A DNA stretch of 64,000 nt, taken from positions 2,111-66,110 of the forward strand of contig JAHKAY010000020.1 in assembly GCA_018825785.1 (NCBI GenBank). Reading direction: 5' to 3'. Under the pieces are notes generated by a model. The model was not told the DNA's origin. It searched no databases and saw only the letters and a list, made by a program, of their open reading frames with translations. Positions 18,910-28,639 of the stretch are shown here, in pieces. The stretch is from Chloroflexota bacterium (GTDB taxonomy: Bacteria > Chloroflexota > Dehalococcoidia > JACVQG01 > JAHKAY01). A program made the position numbers and the translations under genes. Numbering within the stretch: the stretch's first letter is position 1; each line of letters begins with the position of its first letter.

Positions 18910-19860
18910 TTGCCAGGTCGTCCAGTTTTTCGTGACATAATTGACCCCAATAGTCCTGCACTTAGACAGCAACTTGTCACCAAGATTCAACAACAGCTAG
19001 ATCCTCCTGGAAGCCTGCTAACCTACACTGCAAACCAAAATCATCCGTTCGCCCTTATAATGAGTCAGGACACACCCTTGTTTGAAGACCTCCTGAGAAC
19101 TGCCGACTCAAAGGTAGGGTATCTTATGATTACATCTCCTGGTGGAGACCCAAATGCTGCCGAGAAACTGCTGGTAATGTGCAGGGAACGTTTTACAGAA
19201 GGCTTTTTCGTGATCATCCCTAACTATGCGAAGAGTGCTGGTACAATGGTGGCACTCGGCAGCGAGAAAATCTTGATGGGGTATCTTGCCGAACTTGGGC
19301 CTATAGACCCCCAACTTCAGATTTCATCGGTCCCTGGGCCATCGCTTCCAGCACGCTCTTTCATTGACGGACTGGAAAACATAAGGACAAAGGTTAAGAA
19401 AGATGGGGACCCGGTCCAAATGTATCTTCCCATGCTGTCCCAAATTAGGCCCGAAGTCATTGCTATCTGTCAAAGTGCCATAGAAGACTCTAGGTCTTTT
19501 GCTGAAAAGTGGCTAAAGAGGCACATGCTTAGGAACGATCAGGGGCAGGCAGAACAAGTAGCAGAATGGTTATCTACCGGGGAGAAATATAGGTCTCATG
19601 GAAAGGTCATAGATTATCAGGAAGCCAAGGACATTCTTAAACTGAACGTAGAGAAATTAGACAAGGACTCTGAATTGTGGGACAACGTTTGGGAGCTATA
19701 CACTCGCTCAATTCAACAGCTACAGCTATCTGGCGGAGCCAAGCTGTTTGAGAATGCGAAAGTTTCGCTGACTATGAATGTTGAGGTGGGTCCACCTCAG
19801 CCCCGTGAAAGGCGTCAATCTCAACCACCGCAACGCCCTGACCAGCCTCAAAGTCTATAA
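18910..19860 (+). CDS. SDH_sah / ClpP-fold serine protease
   Basis: ITSPGG, AKSAGT (Ser), LGPIDPQ (Asp), RSHG (His). Confidence 0.85.
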   Translation: MPGRPVFRDIIDPNSPALRQQLVTKIQQQLDPPGSLLTYTANQNHPFALIMSQDTPLFEDLLRTADSKVGYLMITSPGGDPNAAEKLLVMCRERFTEGFFVIIPNYAKSAGTMVALGSEKILMGYLAELGPIDPQLQISSVPGPSLPARSFIDGLENIRTKVKKDGDPVQMYLPMLSQIRPEVIAICQSAIEDSRSFAEKWLKRHMLRNDQGQAEQVAEWLSTGEKYRSHGKVIDYQEAKDILKLNVEKLDKDSELWDNVWELYTRSIQQLQLSGGAKLFENAKVSLTMNVEVGPPQPRERRQSQPPQRPDQPQSL

Positions 19861-19921
19861 CTTGACTCTTTTGCTACCAAATGCATATCTCAGGGAAGGA
19901 ACTGCCCGATTCTATACTTCC

Positions 19922-20205
19922 TTAACATTCCAAAGCAAACCTGTCAGCTTTCGTCTGCTTCCACCTGGTGTTGCGGCCAGCCTTGTGGTCCAAGTACTGG
20001 CTGAACTCGTGGAGGAATCCAGCTACAGCCAGCTCCTCCGGAGAGTAGAATTCAACATGCTGTAGCTTCTGTTGCCAATACTGCATATTGCCTTCCTGCC
20101 ATCTGTCGGTGCAGATTCCTATGACAAAAGCTTCACGACAATGATAGCTAAGGTTCGGGTTTATCCTCACTCTTGTGAGCTTCCTTTTCGCATAGTGGGT
20201 CCTGT
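19922..20205 (-). pseudogene. IS-truncated remnant with a degenerate HExxH-like motif
   Basis: Frame is open from the IS edge; FLHEFSQYLDHKAGRNTRWKQTKADRFA resembles metallopeptidase HExxH...D-x-FA. Confidence 0.35.
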
Positions 20206-20280
20206 TGACCCTCCCCCCGAAAACAGTAGCACCCTGAATTAGAGTCCTCCGCAGTAATAGAATAACGAAGGAGGGCTCAA

Positions 20281-20544
20281 GTGAAATCAAGGCACACCGA
20301 GGAACAGATCATCGCGGTGCTCCGGGAGGGGGAGGCCGGGGCCAAGGTCTCCGGCCTCTGCCGCCAGCACGGGATCAGCGATGCCACCTACTACAACTGG
20401 AAGGCCAAATACGCGGGCCTCACGGTCAGTGATCTCAAGAGGCTCAAAGCCCTGGAGGAGGAAAACCGTCGCCTGAAGCAGATCGTGGGGGAGCAAGCCC
20501 TGGATATTCGGGCGTTGAAGGAACTCCTCTCAAAAAACTTCTGA
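20281..20544 (+). CDS. IS3 transposase OrfA (HTH)
   Basis: RHTEEQII...GISDATYYNWKAKY...LEEENRRLK. Confidence 0.9.
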   Translation: MKSRHTEEQIIAVLREGEAGAKVSGLCRQHGISDATYYNWKAKYAGLTVSDLKRLKALEEENRRLKQIVGEQALDIRALKELLSKNF

Positions 20545-21366
20545 AGCCCAGGGCCAAACGTCTGGCGGTCTCCCATGCCAGGGATAGTCTTGGGCTGAGC
20601 GAAAGGAGAGCCTGCCTTCTGGTCAGCATTTCAGCCTCGCTCTATCGCTACCAGCCGAAATCGGGTAGTGACGCTGCATTGCGCCAGCGCCTGCGGGAGC
20701 TGGCAGGGGAGAGGAAGCGGTTTGGCAGTCCCCGGCTTCACATCATGCTCAAGAAGGAGGGCCTGGTGGTCAACCATAAGCGAACGGAGAGGATCTACCG
20801 CGAAGAAGGTTTGGCGCTGAGGAGAAAGCGGCGGAGGAAAGGCGCTGCTGGCTTGAGGGTAGTGATGCCGTCACCCCAGCGGCCGAATGAGCGCTGGTCC
20901 ATGGACTTCGTCGCCGACAGTTATAGTCACCGGGCGGCGCTTTCGAGCCCTGGCTATTGTTGATGACTACTCCCGGGAATGCCCCGCCATCGAGGTGGAT
21001 ACATCCCTGGGCGGCGCCAGGGTGGTGAGTGTCCTGGAGAGGCTGGAGGAACTGCGCTGGCTACCCGAGGTAATCACCACGGACAACGGGCCGGAATTCG
21101 CGGGACGGGCCCTCGACGAGTGGGCATACCGTAAGGGCGTGAAGCTGAACTTCATTCGGCCGGGAAAGCCGATTGAGAATGCCTATGCCGAGAGCTTCAT
21201 TGGGAGGCTCAGGGACGAGTGCCTGAATGAGAACTGGTTTATGAACCTGAGGCATGCCCGGGACATCATCGAGAATTGGCGGAGGGACTACAATGAAGTC
21301 AGACCGCACACCTCATTGAACGATCGGACTCCCGTGGAGTATGCTGAAACAGCGGCTGGACTTTAA
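20541..21366 (+). pseudogene. IS3 transposase OrfB (DDE) with an extra T at 20921-20922
   Basis: WSMDFVAD is followed by a frame change to IVTGRRFR...VDDYSRE, TDNGPEF, ENAYAESF. Confidence 0.85.
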
Positions 21367-21676
21367 TGCCAGGTGATACTAATTCTGGGGGAAGGTCAGT
21401 CAATATCCGGTGCGTGCAGTTTGTGGGGTTCTTGACACGATATGCTACATCATTATGGTGGTGACTGGACATGTCTCGTAGTTGGCAATGCTCATTGCTC
21501 AAAACCTATGACTTTCCCTACCGTCTCGTTGCCTTGGGCCCCTCAGCAGCCTTGACGACCTGGTGCGAGAGCCATACTATTGGTGCGAAAAGGGTTCAAG
21601 GATTATTCGCCTCTCAAGAGAATCGCAGTCCTTGCATTCCAGTCTTGAGAGTCAAGAAGTGATAGGAGGGATACAG

Positions 21677-22420
21677 ATGGGTCGACTTCGGTGGTTCAAT
21701 GGAGTGATGGGGCTGGTTCATTTTGTCCAAGGCATCTTGATGCTGTGGCTAAGCAACGACTTCTCGCTGCCGGTCTCGGCATCCTTTTTGCGGTTTGACC
21801 CAGCCGCGAAAAGGCTTGTGCCGACTCCAGAGACGCTATTCGACCTTCGCATCGGACCATTAGTTGCTGCCTTTCTCTTTATGTCTGCTCTTGCTCATTT
21901 CCTGATCGCTTCGCCGGGCATCTATGACTGGTATATCCGCAACCTGAAAAGAGGCATCAACTATGCCCGCTGGATAGAGTACGCATTTAGTGCCTCAGTG
22001 ATGATCGTCGCTATCGCTATGCTCGTGGGCATCTACGACATTGCCAGCTTGGTTCTCATCTTTGCCTTGAACGCGATGATGATGCTATTCGGACTGATTA
22101 TGGAGCTACACAACCAGGCGACGGAAAAAACCAACTGGACATCATTTTGGTTCGGGGTGATAGCTGGCGCGGTGCCCTGGGTTGCCATAGCAATTTACCT
22201 TATCGGGGCTGGTAGTGGCGTTCCCAGCTTCGTGTACTGGATCTATGTTTCTATCTTCCTCTTCTTCAACAGCTTCGCCATCAACATGGTCCTTCAATAC
22301 AAGAAGGTCGGACCCTGGAGGGAGTATCTCTACGGAGAGCGAGCTTATATAGTCCTCAGTCTCGTTGCGAAATCAGCCCTGGCATGGCAGGTCTTTGCTG
22401 GCACTTTGCGGCCTGCATAA
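21677..22420 (+). CDS. Heliorhodopsin
   Basis: 7 TM segments; LRWFN...HFVQ, SALAH, NYARWIEY (counterion Glu), LSLVAKSALAW (retinal Lys); GGAGG RBS. Confidence 0.93.
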   Translation: MGRLRWFNGVMGLVHFVQGILMLWLSNDFSLPVSASFLRFDPAAKRLVPTPETLFDLRIGPLVAAFLFMSALAHFLIASPGIYDWYIRNLKRGINYARWIEYAFSASVMIVAIAMLVGIYDIASLVLIFALNAMMMLFGLIMELHNQATEKTNWTSFWFGVIAGAVPWVAIAIYLIGAGSGVPSFVYWIYVSIFLFFNSFAINMVLQYKKVGPWREYLYGERAYIVLSLVAKSALAWQVFAGTLRPA

Positions 22421-22463
22421 CCATTCCATTCCGTAGCTCAACACTAGTCCATAATGTCACATC

Positions 22464-23459
22464 CTAGCCGCGTGTGGGCAGTATACCTTCAGAACGAAAC
22501 CAGTTGACATGGTCACAAATAGAGTCCTGCCATGGCCTGGTCGTAAAGCCAAGTTCCTCACGCGCCCGCGCTGAACTCACTTGTGAGTTACTACGAAGCA
22601 CGTCAATTGAGTAGGCAGTAAACACCGGCCGCCTCCGTACTAGTCGGTAGTAAATGCTCGCAAGCACACCGGCAACGCGGGCTATTGCGGGTGGTATCTC
22701 ATAGGTCGGAGCAGGGTGGCCGATATTTCGCTCCAATTCTTTCATCAGTTCTGGAACCTGCACCTGTGCACCGGAGAAAATATAATGGCGCCCTGGTTGC
22801 CCCTTTTCGGCAGCAAGGATGAGGCCGTTAACGACATCACGCACGTCCACGAAATCGTAGGCACCACGCACATATGACTTCAGGTGCCCACCTGCAAAAT
22901 CAAGTATCAACTGGCCAATATTGGAGATCCCATAATCCCAAGGGCCGATAACGCCTGTCGGGCAGCAGATTACTGCATCAAGTCCTCCCTTGTGCACTTC
23001 ATCTAGGAGAAGGATGGTGGCCTGTGCCTTGCTGCGGGCGTAGTCACCTAAGACTCGGTCGGGATCAAAAGGTTGCGACTCATCGATTACCGTCCCATGC
23101 GGCGGCTCGGCGATGGCGTGGATGGAACTGGTATAGACAAGGCGGCGAACACCTGCAGTGCGACAGGCCGTGGCCACATTGCGCACGCCGCCCACGTTTA
23201 CCCGCTCCAACGTCTTCTTCATGCCCGGCATGATGGTTACAATACCAGCCAGGTGAAAGACGACATCCCCACTGACAAATGCGGATTCCAGGCCTTTTAA
23301 GTCAGTAACATCGCCATAGACAATCTCAGTGTTTAGGCCAGCCAAGGGACGGCAGTCGTCATCGGGCAGGACGAGGGCACGGACGGTTTGACCGCGTGTA
23401 ATTAACTCACGAACGAGAACGTTGCCAATGTGACCCGTCGCCCCTGTGACGACAATCAT
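22464..23459 (-). CDS. Extended SDR, NAD-dependent epimerase/dehydratase (HpnA/dihydroflavonol-reductase-like)
   Basis: TGATGHIG, VFHLAG, YTSS, YARSK, DFVDVRDV. Confidence 0.88.
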   Translation of the reverse strand: MIVVTGATGHIGNVLVRELITRGQTVRALVLPDDDCRPLAGLNTEIVYGDVTDLKGLESAFVSGDVVFHLAGIVTIMPGMKKTLERVNVGGVRNVATACRTAGVRRLVYTSSIHAIAEPPHGTVIDESQPFDPDRVLGDYARSKAQATILLLDEVHKGGLDAVICCPTGVIGPWDYGISNIGQLILDFAGGHLKSYVRGAYDFVDVRDVVNGLILAAEKGQPGRHYIFSGAQVQVPELMKELERNIGHPAPTYEIPPAIARVAGVLASIYYRLVRRRPVFTAYSIDVLRSNSQVSSARAREELGFTTRPWQDSICDHVNWFRSEGILPTRG

Positions 23460-23660
23460 CTCCCTGCTTCCCTCCGTTGTTATTTTAAGTCTGTAGTGAC
23501 TCGGTTTTCAATGTTAGCAATGTCCATCTCGTTGCGTCGGCAGCCGAAGGGCTCGGGTGTGACAAGAGGACATTCGGTTTCATGGTGGCCGTTGCTGCAC
23601 ACGTTGCTGCGCCCTTTCCAAATACGCGGGCTGCTCCAGTGAGGCTGACGTAGCCTTTGC

Positions 23661-24467
23661 CTAGTCCTCAGGCTCGGCTAGGTCCACATACTTATCACCA
23701 AAAAACGGGTCTATACTGACTCGATGCGGGTTAGACAATCCCCTTTTGCCCTTGTATACGCGAAAAGTATGCGTAGACCCGTTAGTCAGTTCCAGTTTCT
23801 CAAAGTCATCGGTTGGCGTTCTGATAGCAAGGGCTTGAGCCTTAGCAACCCCCTCTCGCAACCCTGCTATCACTTCACCCATCTCTTGCTGTCTACTATT
23901 CAACTGTGGGATTAGACTCAGACCATCGTGCCCATGTGCAGCTAGCTTTGTTCTGGCAATACTCAGGCCTTCACCCGACTCTTCAGCCATCTTCTGAACC
24001 TTGTCAATTCTGGAACCGAGGGCCGCGATGCCGTGACTGAACATGTCACGGTGGCTGTTCACCACACGGGAAAGGCCGTAATGAGCTTCCTTCAACCTGT
24101 TAGTCAATTCGCTTACCGTAACTGTATCGGCCTTGCCCAGTTCTACGTCTTCGCTCAGTTTACCGACTATGTCGCTGAGATTGCTTACTGCATCCGTGAG
24201 CTTAGTCACCTGATCAGCAATATTGGCTAGTCTATGAGTAAGTGGCTCAGTGTCACTCAGTGGGAAATCTGAAGCTGACTCACGTAATCCAGTAACTCGT
24301 TCGAGCTGCTGGAGTCTGTCCCTCAGTAAACTCACTGGCTGCGCAGTAGCTGGTGCAGCAACTGGCCGCGGTGTAATGCTGCCAATAATCCCATGAACGA
24401 AGGTCTTGTGACCTCTCAGCGCCTGCGCAGTCTTAACTTGTTTGCCACAGAGTTCGCATGTGACCAT
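23661..24467 (-). CDS. C2H2 zinc-finger / coiled-coil hypothetical protein
   Basis: N-terminal CELCGKQVKTAQALRGHKTFVH; heptad-rich middle; GGAGG RBS. Confidence 0.7.
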   Translation of the reverse strand: MVTCELCGKQVKTAQALRGHKTFVHGIIGSITPRPVAAPATAQPVSLLRDRLQQLERVTGLRESASDFPLSDTEPLTHRLANIADQVTKLTDAVSNLSDIVGKLSEDVELGKADTVTVSELTNRLKEAHYGLSRVVNSHRDMFSHGIAALGSRIDKVQKMAEESGEGLSIARTKLAAHGHDGLSLIPQLNSRQQEMGEVIAGLREGVAKAQALAIRTPTDDFEKLELTNGSTHTFRVYKGKRGLSNPHRVSIDPFFGDKYVDLAEPED

Positions 24468-24615
24468 TTCAGTTACCTCCAAAGATTATCTTTCGCTTGT
24501 TTGCTTCAGCCGGAGTCCAGCCTTGGTCTTCCGAACTGGATAGCCGGATGTGGTGGCCCTTGGAGGCCGGGGCACTATGTTGCCAGAGATGGCTTTGGAG
24601 GATTCTCTTGCGGGA

Positions 24616-24695
24616 GGTTGCCAGTCGGGTATCAGCTCAGATAGGGAGTAATAAGGTCGCAGGTGAGGGTTGGTTCCCCGTCGGGGCCGCCACTA
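24616..24695 (+). repeat. att-like scar 1: degenerate tRNA(Asp/Glu-type) 3' end plus flanking arm
   Basis: AGGGTTGGTTCCCCGTCGGGGCCGCCA; the upstream ~50 bp are similar to 32884-32932. Confidence 0.65.
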
Positions 24696-24704
24696 AGGCT
24701 TGCT

Positions 24705-25244
24705 TTAGGAGATGACCTGGGACATGCTCCCTTTTTCTGTCTGGATGAGGCAGATCATTTCCCGAGCCATGTCGGTTACCTCGGTGGACACATTCACACT
24801 GACCTCCGCAGTCCCCTTGAAGACCATCCTGGAAATGGGGTACAGGGCCGATCTCAGATATTTGCTGAGCAATAGCAGCCCCAGGACGACTAGGACAAGT
24901 CCAAGGACACCTAAAAGGAGACCAGGTATCTGTGCTAGGAGGAGAGCGGGTAGCTTGTCAGAGGAATAGACGATGGCACCCAAGGCCTGAACTAGCTGGG
25001 GGAGCAAGGCAGCGCCGCCCGTGCAGACGAGCAGAGCGGCGATGAGATAACGTAACTTCGGCGACTCCTTCACTAGCTCCACACAAGAGATATGTTCCAG
25101 CTTTAGAGGAGTAATTCGCTCCACTCCTTCTTGCTGTTGCGTTAGGAATACCCGCCTATTGGTTAACACCACGCTGCTGGTTCCGGTGGCCTCTAGATCG
25201 GCTATCCGCTCTTCGCCCTCTAAGAGTCGCAATTGCTGTGACAC
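24705..25244 (-). CDS. Membrane protein with a PH-like (VLTNRRV) N-terminal domain and two TM helices
   Basis: GTG start after GAGGAGG; 22 nt downstream of ftsA. Confidence 0.65.
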   Translation of the reverse strand: MSQQLRLLEGEERIADLEATGTSSVVLTNRRVFLTQQQEGVERITPLKLEHISCVELVKESPKLRYLIAALLVCTGGAALLPQLVQALGAIVYSSDKLPALLLAQIPGLLLGVLGLVLVVLGLLLLSKYLRSALYPISRMVFKGTAEVSVNVSTEVTDMAREMICLIQTEKGSMSQVIS

Positions 25245-25266
25245 CTCTTTACCCTCCTCGGAAAGG

Positions 25267-26517
25267 TCACCAAACTGTCCCTCGCCAGCGACGCGTCACC
25301 CCAAGCCACAGCCGCATCAGTGGGCTGGGGTTGTGATGCTTCTTCAGTTCTTGCTTGGCATACTTAACACCCCAGAAAAGCAGGCCCACGCTGGTAGCGA
25401 AAGCCGGGTCGTGAAGGTGTTGCACCATCCCACTTATGTTCCGCGGAACACCCACACGGCAGGGTACATTGAACACCTCCCGGGCCATCTCGGCAATGCC
25501 GGGCAACTTGGAGGTGCCCCCAGTGAGGACCACTCCCGCTGGCGCCAATTTGGATAGGTCCTCTCCGGAGAGCTCAACCCAAATCAGCTTTAGCAACTCC
25601 TCTACTCTGGCGGAGAGGATCTCCATAGCTTTGTGATAAGGTACCGCTTGGCCATCGCGAGCCCTAAGAGGGATTTCTGATGCCGGGTAGACAGGCGCCT
25701 TGCTGTTCAGGCTGGCATGGTTGAGCTTGAACTCCTCAGCCGTCTCGAAGGCGATGTTCAGACCTACAGCCAGGTCATGTGTCAGCTGATAGCCGGCCAC
25801 AGGGATAGCCGCGGTATGCAGGATATTGCCGTTCTTGTACACTGCTATGTCGGTGGTGCCGCCACCGATGTCCACCACTACCACACCTACATCCTTTTCC
25901 ACCGGTCGCAACACCGCTTCACCGGAGGCCAGCGGCTCCAGAACGATGTCTTCGGGAATCACCCCTGCTTTCCGCACTGATTTGACCAGATTCTTAACAG
26001 CATCGGCGGCCACTGTTACCATATGGACGTCCGCATCCAGGTTGAGGCCGTGCATGCCCACAGGGTTCTTTATGCCTGTCTGCCCATCCAGCCTATACAT
26101 TTGGGGCAGGGCATGGACCAACTCCCTCTCCCGCGACATGCGCATATCATTCACGTGCCCGACCAGCCGCTTCAACTCCTTGGTCTGCACCTCGCGGCCT
26201 TCGGGCACCGCCAGGGTGCTGCGGGTGTTGAAGGAACTGACATGACCGCCAGTAATACCAATATAGGCTGGGGTCAACCGCAGCCCGCTGTCAGCCTCCG
26301 CCTTTTTTACTGAGTCCCTAACCGACTTCCCGACTTCTTTTAGGTCGATGACTACCGCCTTACGCATGCCCTTGCTTCTGGAAATGCCAACTCCCAATAT
26401 GCGGAGGTAGTCGTCATCTTCCATAGAACCGATTAGAGTGCAGACCTTGGTGGTGCCCACATCCACTGCAGAGTAGATCTTGCCATTCGAGCTCGGTTTT
26501 CGGCGAAACCAGAGCAT
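25267..26517 (-). CDS. ftsA: FtsA-family actin-like ATPase (orphan, no adjacent ftsZ)
   Basis: AVDVGTTKV, NPVGMHG, VDIGGGTTD, VLTGGTSKLPG, PAFATSVGL; amphipathic C-terminal tail. Confidence 0.88.
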   Translation of the reverse strand: MLWFRRKPSSNGKIYSAVDVGTTKVCTLIGSMEDDDYLRILGVGISRSKGMRKAVVIDLKEVGKSVRDSVKKAEADSGLRLTPAYIGITGGHVSSFNTRSTLAVPEGREVQTKELKRLVGHVNDMRMSRERELVHALPQMYRLDGQTGIKNPVGMHGLNLDADVHMVTVAADAVKNLVKSVRKAGVIPEDIVLEPLASGEAVLRPVEKDVGVVVVDIGGGTTDIAVYKNGNILHTAAIPVAGYQLTHDLAVGLNIAFETAEEFKLNHASLNSKAPVYPASEIPLRARDGQAVPYHKAMEILSARVEELLKLIWVELSGEDLSKLAPAGVVLTGGTSKLPGIAEMAREVFNVPCRVGVPRNISGMVQHLHDPAFATSVGLLFWGVKYAKQELKKHHNPSPLMRLWLGVTRRWRGTVW

Positions 26518-26532
26518 CTCTCCTTCTCCTCG

Positions 26533-26790
26533 TTACACTACTTTTACCTGAAAGCCTAGAGTTCGCAGCACCCGATTGGCATCTCTGGAGGTAACATCAG
26601 CGGCGTAGAGGCCGACCTCCTTAGCTTCCATGAGCCGCTCAAGTACCTGCTTGACAGGGAAGCGAGCGCCGTCGATATCCACAAAATACCGCCTTACGGG
26701 CTTAGGCCGCAACCCCTTCATAAGGGTTACTACCTCTTCACCTCCATCAACTACCAGCTCCCGGCCCCCGAGGGTAAACTGCCTGCTCAT
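26533..26790 (-). CDS. Small putative DNA-binding protein (SCO5918/ScoMcrA-head-like)
   Basis: YFVDIDGARFPVKQVL...DANRVLRTLGF pattern; first gene of the ftsA operon. Confidence 0.55.
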   Translation of the reverse strand: MSRQFTLGGRELVVDGGEEVVTLMKGLRPKPVRRYFVDIDGARFPVKQVLERLMEAKEVGLYAADVTSRDANRVLRTLGFQVKVV

Positions 26791-26820
26791 CGGCAACTTC
26801 TGCCTCCCCTTCGCTGTCTT

Positions 26821-26878
26821 GTTACTACCCCTATTACTATCACGGCTACTATCATATCAGGCGTTACCATTTTGTCAA
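26821..26878 (-). promoter_or_regulatory. Promoter overlapped by direct repeats
   Basis: TTGACA-N16-TATGAT; repeats TTACTAC, TTACTAT, CTACTAT, TTACCAT at 26822, 26834, 26846, 26864. Confidence 0.55.
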
Positions 26879-27225
26879 GGGTTTAAGACCTGTTTTAAGA
26901 AAATACTTAGAATTTGTTGCAGGTCAGCAATAGTGGGACACTTTGGGAGCCGGCACTCTGGGGGCAGTCAGAAAGTGCGGCCAAGCTCCCTGAGTGCCTG
27001 GCCATGATGCTTGCCGCCCTAGATAGTCTAAGTCCGGCTCGTTTCCTCACCGCTCCACAGAGGCGACCCGAGCTGGATTGGAACCCGAGGGTGAAACAGA
27101 AAGCCATTTCGTTCTGTCTATCGGGCTCGAATGGTTGGACCATCTGAAACGACGTGTATGCCACAACAGCCCTGGATGCTGCGAATGAAGTCAGGGCCCA
27201 CCTGACTCGCCAGGTGAACTCTTGC

Positions 27226-27516
27226 CTACTTCTTGACTGGCAGCTTGCCGAAATCCTCCGGGGGGATCAGAGTCCAAGTTTCTGCTTGTCCGTTCATCCT
27301 AGCACAGAGGCCCATCGCCATACCTGCGGCTGCCGTCTCATTTGGGGCATCATAGAGTACCATCAGGTCATACGGCCCCAGCGTGGCGTACCCTCCGATA
27401 ACGTTGATCCCCATCCGCGCGCTGGCCTCTACCATCTCATCATAAGCCTTCTTGGGGTCACCCATGCTCGCCATGCCTTGGGCTGACAGTCTGACCAAAG
27501 TGACGTACTTCGACAC
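27226..27516 (-). CDS. GYD domain protein
   Basis: YATLGPYDLMV motif; GTG after AGGAGG. Confidence 0.8.
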   Translation of the reverse strand: MSKYVTLVRLSAQGMASMGDPKKAYDEMVEASARMGINVIGGYATLGPYDLMVLYDAPNETAAAGMAMGLCARMNGQAETWTLIPPEDFGKLPVKK

Positions 27517-27795
27517 CGGATACACCTCCTTCTTGCTCCGCCATGCCATGGTGCCAGCCTCGTGCTAGCCCAAATGGTCAGGGCAATAGCCACATGCGAT
27601 GGCAATTCTAGCACACCGGAAACCGACTTTCTTATCGGGCCGACGGAGTCGTACAATGCTGGTTTGGAGATAGGGCAACGTCGTCTGCGGCAAGGGCCTG
27701 ACTGTCGCTGAACAATCCTGACTTCTGTCGCGTCCTGCTCAGGGATACCTGTTGGCTTTGTCAGGAGTTCGCAGCCAGATGGCCTCGTCCTTTTC

Positions 27796-28338
27796 CTACC
27801 CACCAAGGCGTGCGATAGGTTCAATTAGCACCACTTGCACCACTACTAAGATAGCCACGTTCAGAACGAACCCAAGCAAGGTAACGCCCACTGCCCTAGT
27901 CGTGCTCTTATAGTCTAATGCCTGCCGCACTGCAATCACCATGGCGACCCAACTCCACACGGCGACGCCAAGGAAGACTAGGGCAAGCAGAGAAGGAATA
28001 GGGATGAGGCTTAAGACCGCCAGTAGCCTGGGCGTGTAAGCAAATCCCATAGTTCTGGCCAGTTGTCCCCAGTCCGCATGAGTCTGGGGCTCTCTGAAGA
28101 GGCGCGCCCCCAAGAAGTAGTTTAGCCATGCCCAAACCACCCACCCCACCAGGCCCACCAGTATGCCGAAGACGAGCCCCAGCCACCCTCCTTCTGTCAG
28201 GCTCCCAATGCCAGTGGCCAGGGACCCCATGATTACCACTAGCATCGCTTGCCTGGTGGCTTTTGAGTCCGCCTCAACCTCCTCGTAGAGGTTGACCTCG
28301 AGCCTGGCTGCACGCCATAGACGGTCCGGGAAAGCCAC
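27796..28338 (-). CDS. Yip1 domain membrane protein
   Basis: YEEVEAD...ATRQA, RTMGFAYTP, VIAVRQALD; 5 TM segments. Confidence 0.75.
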   Translation of the reverse strand: MAFPDRLWRAARLEVNLYEEVEADSKATRQAMLVVIMGSLATGIGSLTEGGWLGLVFGILVGLVGWVVWAWLNYFLGARLFREPQTHADWGQLARTMGFAYTPRLLAVLSLIPIPSLLALVFLGVAVWSWVAMVIAVRQALDYKSTTRAVGVTLLGFVLNVAILVVVQVVLIEPIARLGG

Positions 28339-28639
28339 TTCTTACCTCCTTCTCAACTGATAGAGAACTGGACGACCCGCGCTGACCCGGCCTGATCATA
28401 TAGCCTGGACAAAACTACAAACAAGGTGTGAGCCAGAATCTCGCGTATCTGGCGGCTGATTCATTGGGGGACACCGGGGCTAACCAGGGTCTTCAGCCGC
28501 TAGCAGAAGGAAGGAGTCGCGAGGCAGCAAGGGTCCAGCAACTTCGGGATCAAGAATCCCTTGGTTCTGTTCGACTTATTCCGGGAGGCGGTGCAGGACC
28601 CATATCCAGCTGCAGGTGTGATAGACTTGAGTATGAGAG

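Larger units (their letters stand above)
20206..21398 (+). mobile_element. IS3 family insertion sequence (IS407-like), orfB frameshifted
   Basis: IRL TGACCCTCCCCCCGAAAACAGTAGCACC; IRR reverse complement TGACCTTCCCCCAGAATTAGTATCACC; TG...CA ends; A6C slippery site at the end of orfA. Confidence 0.92.

Noticed and set aside
26940-27220. GC-rich hairpins (GGGAGC...GCTCCC) as a possible ncRNA
   Set aside because: No recognisable family motif and no second copy to support a structure.
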